Below, piece by piece: positions 1 to 8,238 of a stretch of DNA of 64,000 nt (position 1 is its first letter; every line of letters starts with the position of its first letter). The position numbers were made by a program, and so were the translations under genes. The notes beneath the pieces were generated by a model. That model was not told the origin of the DNA. It saw only the letters and a program-made list of their open reading frames with translations, and did no database searches. Source of the stretch: Anolis carolinensis (lineage: Eukaryota); assembly GCF_035594765.1 (NCBI RefSeq), contig NC_085845.1, positions 186,326,897 to 186,390,896 on the forward strand. Reading direction: 5' to 3'.

Positions 1-100
1 GTATCAAGGTTGTTTTTGGTGATTATAGATTTGGAAGGGACCCCAAGGGCCATTCTTCCATGCAGGAAAGATGATGTACATAGGACGATAGTATACGCAG

Positions 101-228
101 CAGGCATGGGCAAACTTCGCCCCTCCAGGTGTTTTGGACTTCAGTTCCCACAATTCCTAACAGCCAGGCATGGGCAAACTTCACCCCTCTGGATCTTTTG
201 GACTTCAACTCCCACAATTCCTAACAGC
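101..228. mobile_element. Two tandem left arms (64 bp each) of the CAGGCATGGGCAAAC hAT MITE
   Basis: 101-164 and 165-228 are direct near-copies of the arm seen in the full MITEs at 11734 and 17506. Confidence 0.8.
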
Positions 229-265
229 ACATTGTATGAGGAAAGTATAAAAGAGTTGGGCATGT

Positions 266-430
266 GTTGTTGAAAGCTTTCATGGCTGGAATCACAGGGT
301 TGTTGTGTGTTTTCCAGGCTGTATGGCCATGTTCCAGAAAGCATTCTCTCCTGAGGTTTCATCCACATCTATGACAGGCATCCTCAGAGGTTGTGAGGTA
401 TATACCTCTGAGGATGCCTGTCATAGATGT
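266..430 (-). mobile_element. Penelope-like element end (left arm plus start of inverted arm)
   Basis: Same terminal sequence as the GIY-YIG-bearing copy at 54043. The remainder of the inverted arm lies at ~2708-2768 and ~2953-3015. Confidence 0.8.
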
Positions 431-657
431 TGTCATACAAACACCATGCCAACCTGTCTCCTGTGTCATCGGTTGGGAGCCCCTCCCCCCAAGGAATAAC
501 TGAGTGAAGAACGGGGGGTGGGGGGGCAGGAAGATATCATATCAACCTGAGGGCAAGGAAGATAGTTCCATCTTGTCTCCTGTGCCATAGCAACATGCTA
601 TGCTAATATATATATATAATGTATAATAATTTATCAATATATAATATATTGTATATA

Positions 658-980
658 CAGTAGAGTCTTGCTTATCTAACGTAAACGGGCCGGCAGAACG
701 TTGGATAAGCGAATATGTTGGATAATAAGGACAGATTAAGGAAAAGCCTATTAAACATTAAATTAGGTTATGATTTTACAAATTAAGCACCAAAACACCA
801 TGTTATACAACAAATTTGACAGAAAAAGTAGTTCAATACACAGTAATGCTATGTAGTAATTACTGTATTTACGAATTTAGCACCAAAATATCATGATATA
901 TTGAAAACATTGACTACAAAAATGCGTTGGATAATCCAGAACATTGGATAAGCGAGTGTTGGATAAGTGAGACTCTACTG
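658..980. mobile_element. Tc1/mariner (pogo/Tigger-like) MITE, 323 bp
   Basis: TIR CAGTAGAGTCT...AGACTCTACTG with TA target duplication. Confidence 0.85.
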
Positions 981-1074
981 TAAATATAATATTGATAATA
1001 ATATTATAATGTAATACAATATTATACTAATAATACAATATAATAATATTAATTAGTACAATATAGTACAATAT

Positions 1075-1813
1075 GGCCCCCTGGTGGTAGCGCAGTGTGC
1101 TAAAGCGCTGAGCTACTGAACTTGTGGACCAAAAGGTCCCAGGTTCAAATCCCGGGAGCTGAATGAGCGCCCGCTGTTAGCCCCAGCTCCTGCCAACCTA
1201 GCAGTTTGATAACATGCAAATGTGAGTAGATAAATACCCTGTTTTCCCTAAAATAAGACATCCCCAGAAAATAAGACCTAGTAGAGGTTTTGCTGAATTG
1301 CTAAATATAAGGCCTCCCCCTAAAGTAAGACCTAGCAAAGTTTTTGTTTGGAAGCATACCCGCCGAACAGAACACCAGAGCATACAGGATAGGTAAATGT
1401 ACGTACCATAGAGTGTTGTACATGGAAATAATGGTAATAACAAGTAATTCTTGATAGGATTCAGTTTGTCTGGTTATGCTGGTTTGTGATGACAACTACT
1501 GTAATAAATGTTCATTTTTTTGTTCAACAATAAATGTGAATTCTTCTTCATGGAAAAATAAGGCATCCCCTGAAAATAAGACCTATAGCATCTTTGGGAG
1601 AAAAAATTAATATAAGACACTGTCTTATTTTCGGGGAAACATGGTAGGTACCGCTCTGGTGGGAAGGTAACGGTGCTCCATGCAGTCATGCCGGCCACAT
1701 GACCTTGGAGGTGTCTACGGACAACGCCGGCTCTTCGGCTTAGAAATGGAGATGAGCACCAACCCCCAGAGTCGGTCACGACTGGACTTAACGTCAGGGG
1801 AAAACCTTTACCT
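1075..1813 (+). mobile_element. Sauria-type tRNA SINE, interrupted by a DNA transposon
   Basis: tRNA-like head, (ACCTTT) tail, TSD tagtacaatat at 1064-1074 and 1814-1824. Confidence 0.9.
1237..1644. mobile_element. Tc2/pogo-like non-autonomous DNA transposon, 408 bp
   Basis: TIR ccctgttttccctaaaataagaca...tgtcttattttcggggaaacatgg with TA TSD inside the SINE motif agataaaTAggtacc. Confidence 0.85.
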
Positions 1814-1903
1814 TAGTACAATATAGTAATGCTTATATTATGCTATGCTAATAATATATTGTATGTTCATTTGATTTGTAAGCCGCTCTGAGTCCCCTTC
1901 GGG

Positions 1904-2506
1904 ACTCTGGTGAGGCCCTGCTCTCGGTCCCGCCTGCCTCACAGGTGCAGCTGGTGGGGACGAGGGACAGGGCCTTCTTGGTGGTGGCTCCCCAGCTGTG
2001 GAACACCCTCCCCAGAGAAATACAGCAAGCCCCAACCCTTTTGAGTTTTAGAAAAGCCCTGAAAACATGGCTATGTGCCCAGGCTTTCAAAGATTAAATG
2101 ATAAAAACGACCTGGACTGATTTACGGCTACAGCACGAAGATTTTGGAGGAATGGATTTTAATCATATGTTTTAATCATATGTTTTATCTGCCCATTTTA
2201 TTTTATTTTATAATAGCCCCCTTTTCTGAGATGTTGCCAATGCTATTTTGCACTTTATTGTCCACATTCTGTTCTGGATTTTATGAATTAGACTCCTGTT
2301 TTAATATTGTATGTTTTTTGTATGCTTCTTGCTGATTTTAACAATTGTTTTATTGCTATTGATGTTTTACTGGTATAATTATTTTATAGTCGTGTTATTG
2401 ATATTGATTGTTTTATAGGGCTAGGCCCCATGTAAGCTGCCCGAGTCCCTTCGGGGAGATGGGGCGGGGTATAAAAATAAAGTTATTATTATTATTATTA
2501 TTATTT
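1904..2506 (+). mobile_element. L2 LINE 3' end
   Basis: ORF2 C-terminus SGEALLSVPP..RDRAFLVVAPQLWNTLP..FRKALKTWL..* (stop 2095-2097), followed by a 3'UTR stem-loop tail and (TTA)n. Confidence 0.85.
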
Positions 2507-2521
2507 TATATCTTTATATTG

Positions 2522-3031
2522 TTTTAATTGTTTTATTGGATTTTCATTGCTGTTTTAATTATGTGTAGGCATCGAATTGTTGCCAATTTTGTACGCCGCC
2601 CTGAGTCCCTTCGGGTGAGAAGGGCGGGATATAAATGTTGGAAATAAAATAAATAAATAAAATAAATAAATATAAATGTAGTAAATAAATAAATAAATAA
2701 ATAAATAACTTCAGGAGAGAATGCTTCTGGAATGTGGCCATACAACCCGGAAAACACACAACAACCCAGTTGGGCATGTCCTTTTTTAATTGTTTTATTG
2801 GATTTTCATTGCTGTTTTAATTATGTGTAGGCATCGAATTATTGCCAGTTTTGTATGCCGCCCTGAGTCCCTTTCGGGTGAGAAGGGTGGGATATAAATG
2901 TTGGAAATAAAATAAATAAATAAATAAAATAAATATAAATGTAGTAAATAAATAACGTCAGGAGAGAATGCTTCTGGAACATGGCCGTACAGCCCGGAAA
3001 ACACACAACAACCCAGTTGGGCATGTCCTTT
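2522..3031 (+). repeat. Tandem duplication (~262-bp period) of L2-type tail, Penelope arm and flank
   Basis: Units start at 2522 and 2784 and are near-identical. Confidence 0.85.
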
Positions 3032-3179
3032 ATTTCCACCTGTTCCGACTCCTCTGGGATATAAATTGATACTTTCAGAGAGATTTCTTGCCTCTCCTTC
3101 TTCTCAGGAGTCCTTCTCCTGCCCTTCCAGGATCAAAGAGTGACTTTCCTATCCTACAATAAACTTCATGTCTTTTCCC

Positions 3180-3702
3180 CCAAGCCAGTGACGCGTTTGC
3201 TCCTTTGGGTCTCTCACCGCTTTGTGTGCGCTCTGACAGCATAATAATAACCACAAAAGGGTCCCTCCGGTTGGGTTGGGATGACAGACAGGTGTGTGAG
3301 GCGGAGGGGAAAGAAAGAGACCTGAGTGACGCGAGGAGGAAGCAGGGCGGGCTTTTCCCTCCTTCCCTCCGTCCAGGTCCCTCCTTCTGCGCGTTTGTTT
3401 GCCTTGGAGGGAAAGAAGGAGTGAGTGAGTGAGTGAGTGAGTGTGGGAGGAAGAGGGAGAAGGCGCAGGAGAGGGAATGAGGAGCAGCAGGGAAGAAAGG
3501 AGCTGGAGGAGACGTCCAAGAATCTAGTGGAAGCCGGAGAAGATGGAACGGGAATAAAAGACAGGAGAGAAAAGTGTCAGATGCGGGGAAAACATTCCCA
3601 AGGCTTTTGAAGGAGGAAGAAGAGAAGAGCCCAGAGAGTCGGGCAAAAGTTTGGGCGCCCGACTTTGCAGCATGTTCTCCGCCCGGGACTGACTGAGTCG
3701 GG
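3180..3702 (+). promoter_or_regulatory. GC/CpG-rich promoter and 5'UTR region
   Basis: CpG-rich relative to flanks. TGACGCG half-CRE-like motifs at 3189 and 3327, GC box GGGCGGG at 3345, purine-rich leader. TSS not determinable. Confidence 0.65.
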
Positions 3703-3880
3703 ATGAGGTGCCGCCCGTTCCCGGTGCTGAAGGTCCTGCGGAGGAAGCGCGCCCGGTTCTGGCTGGCCTTGGGGCTCCTGGCCGGGGCTCTCTGGGCGGC
3801 CTCCCTGGAGCTGGCAGCTTTGGACAGCGGAGGAGGAGGAGGAGGAGGAGGAGGAAGAACAGGACACCCCTTGAGCCGCA
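3703..3880 (+). CDS. B4GALNT3: Beta-1,4-N-acetylgalactosaminyltransferase 3, coding exon 1 (cytoplasmic tail, TM anchor, start of stem)
   Basis: ATG at 3703 (gggATG). Translation MRCRPFPVLKVLRRKRARFWLALGLLAGALWAASLELAALDS(G9)RTGHPLSR resembles the remembered human N-terminus ([42 protein letters not shown]). Donor CA|GTGAGT at 3881, phase 1. The ORF track reads through into the intron. Confidence 0.9.
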
Positions 3881-3986
3881 GTGAGTGGACCCAAGGACAG
3901 GGAGGGAGGGTGGCAATGCTGTGGCTCCATGCTGGGGCGCTGGGAAGCTTCACAAAGTCTTTCTCCATCTCTGGATGCATCTACAC

Positions 3987-4172
3987 CAGCCATGGGCAAG
4001 GTTAAGTTCTCCAGATGTTTTGGACTTCTACTCCCACCCTTCCTAACAGCCTCAGGCCCCTTCCTTTTCCCGCTTAAGCGGCTGAGGGGGAAAAGGAAGG
4101 GGCCTGAGGCTGTTACGAAGGGTGGGAGTTGAAGTCCAAAACACCTGGAAAACTTAACCTTGCCCATGCCTG
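3987..4172. mobile_element. Palindromic hAT MITE
   Basis: Fold-back structure with 8-bp TSD atctacac (3979-3986 and 4173-4180). Confidence 0.9.
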
Positions 4173-4266
4173 ATCTACACTGTCACTGTCATGGCTCCAT
4201 GCATCCAACCTACAGTATACATGTGCTCCAGGAGTCTTCCCTAGGAGTCCTTCTGAGTGTATACAG

Positions 4267-5114
4267 CAGGGGTCCTCAAACGTTTTAAGTGGAGGGCCGA
4301 TTCACAGCCCGTCAAACTGTTGGGGGGCTGGACTATGATTAAATAGTCCAAAATTAAGATTGTTGTTGTTGTGTGCCTTCAAGTCATTGCAGACTTAGGT
4401 CAACCCTAAGTTTAGGATGGAGGCCAGGTCAATGACCTTAGAGGGTGGGCCTTAGTTTGGGGACCCCTGATCTAGACGATCTCATAACACCATAGGTAAG
4501 GAAAGGGACCCTCAAAGGCCACCTAGATGGTCTCATAGGACCATAGGTAAGGAAAGTGACCTCCAAAGGCCATCTAGATGATCTCATGACCATAGGTAAG
4601 GAAAGGGGCCCTCAAAGACCATCTAGATGATCTCATAAGGCCATCAGAAGACCATAGATAAGGAAAGGGACCCTCAAAGACCATCTAGATGGTTTCATAA
4701 AACCATAGGTAAGGAAAGGGTTCCCCAAAGGCCCTCTAGACAATTACCATAAGTACCATAAGTAAGGAAAGGGATCCTCAAAGGCCATCTAGACGGTCTC
4801 ATAGGACCACAGGTAAGAAAAGTGACCTCCAAAAGCCATCCATATCAATATTTGTATGTATGTATTTTTATCCTTTACAATTTTATCTTGTAAATCGCCT
4901 AGAGCATCGTGGATGGAGGGCGATTAATAAGTAATTAAATGATGATGATGATGATGATGATCTAGACGGTCTCATAAGGCCGTAGATAAGCAAAGAGACC
5001 TCCAAAGACCAGGTAGACTTAGGTCAACCCTAAGTCTAAAAGTTAGGACAGGGTCCAGGTAAACAACCTTGGAGGACCGCATCCGGCCCACGGGCCTTAG
5101 TTTGGAGACCCCTG
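4267..5114. mobile_element. hAT non-autonomous element (CAGGGGTCCTCAAAC TIR) with two 3' ends bracketing a minisatellite
   Basis: 5' TIR at 4267; 3' TIRs end at 4469 and 5114; imperfect TSD gtatacag/gtgtacaa matches the outer end. Confidence 0.65.
4470..5010. repeat. ~51-bp minisatellite, about 8 degenerate units, interrupted by an L2-tail fragment with (TGA)n at ~4845-4960
   Basis: Unit ATCTAGAYGRTCTCATARGACCATAGGTAAGGAAAGGGACCCTCAAAGGCC. Confidence 0.9.
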
Positions 5115-5255
5115 GTGTACAATCTGTCAAGCCCAGAGTCTCCCTCTGCAAATCAAGAGCAAAGGAAAGGAAAAGGCTCACACGCAGGAGCCTGTACCAC
5201 ACAACCAAACACCTGTACAGGCAGTTCTCAAGTTACAAACAACATAGGTTCTATG

Positions 5256-6084
5256 TGTTGTCGAAGGCTTTCATGGCAGGAATCTCTGGGTTCCTGTGAG
5301 TTTTCCAATCTATATGGCCCTGTTCCAGAAGCATTCGCTCCTTAATAACATATCTATGGAAGGCATCCTCTCAACCTCAGGGTGCAAGTTGCCAATGCCT
5401 TAAATTAAGAAGTAGTTTTCTAAGATCTACAGAGATACTCACAGGAACACCTCAGCAAGCAAGAGTCCAAAAGTGGCAGGCTAAAACCCAGAACCTCAAG
5501 CCATGGCTGAGACCGGATGAGAGACTCCCTCCTGGGCACACAGAAGACTGAACAGACTGCGCTCTGGCACCACGAGGTGCAGAGCCAATCTTAAGAAATG
5601 GGGCCACAAAGTGGAGTCCACAACATGCAAATGTGGAGAAGAGCAAACTACAGACCACCTATTACAATACAACCTGAGCCCTTCCACATGCACAATGGAG
5701 GACCTTCTTGTAGCAACACCAGAGGCACTCAGAGTGTCCAGCATCTGGTCAAAGGACATTTAGTATAATGCCAAGTTTTTAACTACGTTTGTGTGTTTTT
5801 AAAAAAATTATTTTATTAATTATTTGACACAAACAATCCAATATACAATAAGAAAATATACAGTACATTCAAAAGCAATGGAACGTGTCCAGATCCGTAC
5901 TCAAATGGCAACCTGTACCAAATAAATAAGTATAACATAAATACATTACAATGGTACCCTCGGTTCGCTTCTGGCACAATAAATAAAACAACCTCTGAGG
6001 ATGCCTGCCATAGATGTGGTCAAAATGTCAGGAAAGAATGTTTCTGGAACAGAGCCATACAGCCCGGAAAACTCACAGCAACCC
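5256..6084 (-). mobile_element. Fold-back Penelope-derived element split by a Vingi insertion
   Basis: Arms at 5256-5370 and 5989-6085; degenerate TSD aacataggttctatg/aagataggtgctgtg. Confidence 0.75.
5379..5988 (+). mobile_element. Vingi/Ingi-type LINE 3' end
   Basis: C-terminus NRLRSGTTRCRANLKKWG..TCKCGEEQTTDHLL..WSKDI* (zinc-knuckle-like, stop 5761-5763); tail gcttctggcacaataaataaa; TSD caacctc. Confidence 0.75.
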
Positions 6085-6347
6085 AAGATAGGTGCTGTGG
6101 GTTTATTCTTAAATGGAATTTGTCTGTAAGTTGCAACAGGTATATATTTTAAGGTTAACTTCAGCTCTCTCTCTATGCATTGGATGGCATAGAAAAGGGT
6201 TAACACCCCTGTGGAGTTTGTTTTGCTCTCTGTGTCCCTGTTCAGAAGATTTCACCTCACTTTCTGTCCCTGCGATGAATGTTTGGTTTGTTGTGGAAAC
6301 AAGGGTTGGCAATAAAGCTTCATTGGAGACACCTTTCCTTCACAATA

Positions 6348-6670
6348 CAGTAGAGTCTCACTTATCCAAGCCTTGCTTATCCAAGCCTCTGGATTATCCA
6401 AGCCATTTTTGTAGTCAATGTTTTCAATATATCATGATATTTTGGTGCTAAATTTGTAAATACAGTAATTACAACATAGCATTACTGCATATTGAACTAC
6501 TTTTTCTGTCACATTTGTTGTATAACATGATATTTTGGCGCTTAATTTGTAAAATCATAACCTAATTTGATGTTTAATAGATTTTTCCTTAATCCCTCCT
6601 TATTATCCAAGATATTCGCTTATCCAAGCTTCTGCCGGCCCGTTTAGCTTGGATAAGTGAGACTCTGCTG
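6348..6670. mobile_element. Tc1/mariner MITE, same family as 658-980 in opposite orientation
   Basis: TIRs, TA TSD, identical length of 323 bp. Confidence 0.85.
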
Positions 6671-6874
6671 TAACTCTTTCAGGAGTGAATTTTCTTTCCA
6701 AGGGGTAGATTTCTCTCACTTCATGTTGTCTCACCCCCTGATCTTAACTATGAGTCATTTGTAAGTAAGGTGCTTGTAACTCAGGGACGGCACAGGAGGC
6801 AGAGAATATAATGCCCATTCTGGATCCATTTACACATCCCAGAAAAGTGAAAGGAGCTCTGGAGAAAGCAGGTA

Positions 6875-7062
6875 CAGGTTGTGCATCCCTTATTCCCAAA
6901 TCTTCCAAATTGTCATCATGAGAGGCTGAGATAATGACACCTTTGTTTTCGGATGTTTCAGTGCACACAAACTTTGTTTTTGATGCACACAATTATTAAA
7001 ACACTGTGTATAAAATTACCTTCTGGCTTAGTGTATAAGGTGCATAAGAAACATAAATGAAA
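6875..7062. mobile_element. Degraded Tigger4/MER46-like DNA transposon fragment
   Basis: TA|CAGGTTGTGCATCCCT start and internal cacaaactttgttt..tataaaattaccttc..gtgtataaggtg..aaacataaatgaa, as remembered for MER46-type elements. Confidence 0.5.
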
Positions 7063-7999
7063 TACACCACGGGCAGAGAAAGGGAGCCTTACAGCACCCC
7101 GATCACCTTAACCCAGCCTTTGATAGTGTGTTGATAATACAGCTGTGGAGAACCAGCATGGTATAGCATTGGGACAACAATTCAGGAGAGTTTGAATCCC
7201 TGTCAGGCCATGGAAACCACTGGGTGAGCTTGAGAAATTCACACGTTCCCAGTCTCAAAGGAAAGCAAAGGCAACCCAACAACAAACAACAAGGAAGTAA
7301 TGGGTTGGACTGTAAGGCATACAACAACAACATAGCTGTGCCTTATAGAATGATTGCTATATATGTGAAGTACTTTAAGCACTTATGGAAAAGGCTATGT
7401 AAATGTGTATTAATTTTATTAAGATGTACTAAATCATCTAGTCTTCAAAGATCCACATGGATACAACATTTGAAATATAGTGTGAAATCTTTCTTGAGTC
7501 TAAATGGAAGCTTTCTCCAAAGAAGCTACTATTTTGGAGCAGACATTTTAAAAGCATAGAGGCTGGATGGTCATCTGTCAGGAGTTCTTTAATGGTTTAT
7601 TCCTGCATGGAAGGAATGGATGGGCCAGGTAGCCTCATCAAACTGTGATTCCACATATTCAAATACATTGACTTTGCTTAAGTTTGGAGTTGTCTTCCTT
7701 GGAGTTAAATGTGTTTTCAATCTCAACCCTGTTTTTCTCAAGGAGCTTCCCAAGATCATGATTAAAGAACAACAATTAAAAACTGACACTTTGATAATAT
7801 AGATTTTTGCTTTCTCATCAGACAATGAACTGAAATTAGCAGACTTAGAAGTGGCATATATTGATTCTTTCACTATGATAGAGAGCTTTTCTGTCTTTTG
7901 TTGTCAGACCATTAATTCATCCAGACTATGGTGTTTAACTCTTATTGGCTATATTTCTCCACTCTTATCAGGCTGGATTCTTTCCTAGTTGTACTTGAA

Positions 8000-8238
8000 T
8001 GTTTGTCAAAGGCTTTCATGGCTGGAATCACTGGGATGCTGTGAGTTTTCTGGGCAGTATGGCCATATTCCAGAAGCATTCTGTCCTGATGTTTCACCCA
8101 CGTCTATGGCAGGCGCCCTCAGAGGTTGCCTGCCATCCTTACAACCTCTGAGGATGCCTGCCAGAGATGTGGGTGAAACGTCAGGAGAGAATGCTTCTGG
8201 GACATGGCCATACACCTCAGAAAACTCACAGCAACCCA
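8000..8238 (-). mobile_element. Fold-back Penelope-derived element
   Basis: Arms ~8030-8128 and 8142-8238 are inverted copies; the left arm has a ~30-nt extra terminus. Confidence 0.85.
8145..8185 (+). ncRNA. Minimal type I hammerhead ribozyme motif (Penelope-type)
   Basis: CCU-CUGAGGA-U-GCCUGC(CAGAGAU)GUGGGU-GAAA-C-GUC-AGG: conserved boxes intact, 3-bp stem I, palindromic ACGU in place of stem III. Confidence 0.7.

Larger units (their letters stand above)
590..1903 (+). mobile_element. AT-rich element with L2-type 3' tail, interrupted by nested insertions
   Basis: AT-rich body plus tgtaagccgctctgagtccccttcggg tail. A reverse-orientation relative is at 57356-57660. Confidence 0.55.
5218..6791. 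mobile_element. Tigger-like DNA transposon hosting nested insertions
   Basis: 5' TIR TA|CAGGCAGTTCTCAAGTTACAA and degenerate 3' TIR ttgtaactcagggacggc. The sequence resumes after the Penelope TSD at 6085. Confidence 0.6.

Noticed and set aside
1075-1160. tRNA genes at SINE heads
   Set aside because: tRNA-derived SINE heads without a proper cloverleaf.
3881-4005. 3' part of the 100-aa ORF 3703-4005
   Set aside because: Intron read-through past the GTGAGT donor; homology continues in exon 2 instead.
3075-4167. Long minus-strand ORFs (301, 196 and 130 aa)
   Set aside because: Antisense shadows of the GC-rich promoter/exon 1 and a MITE; low complexity, no recognisable domain.
4470-5010. CRISPR-like periodicity
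   Set aside because: Whole units are degenerate repeats with no unique spacers; vertebrate DNA with no cas genes.
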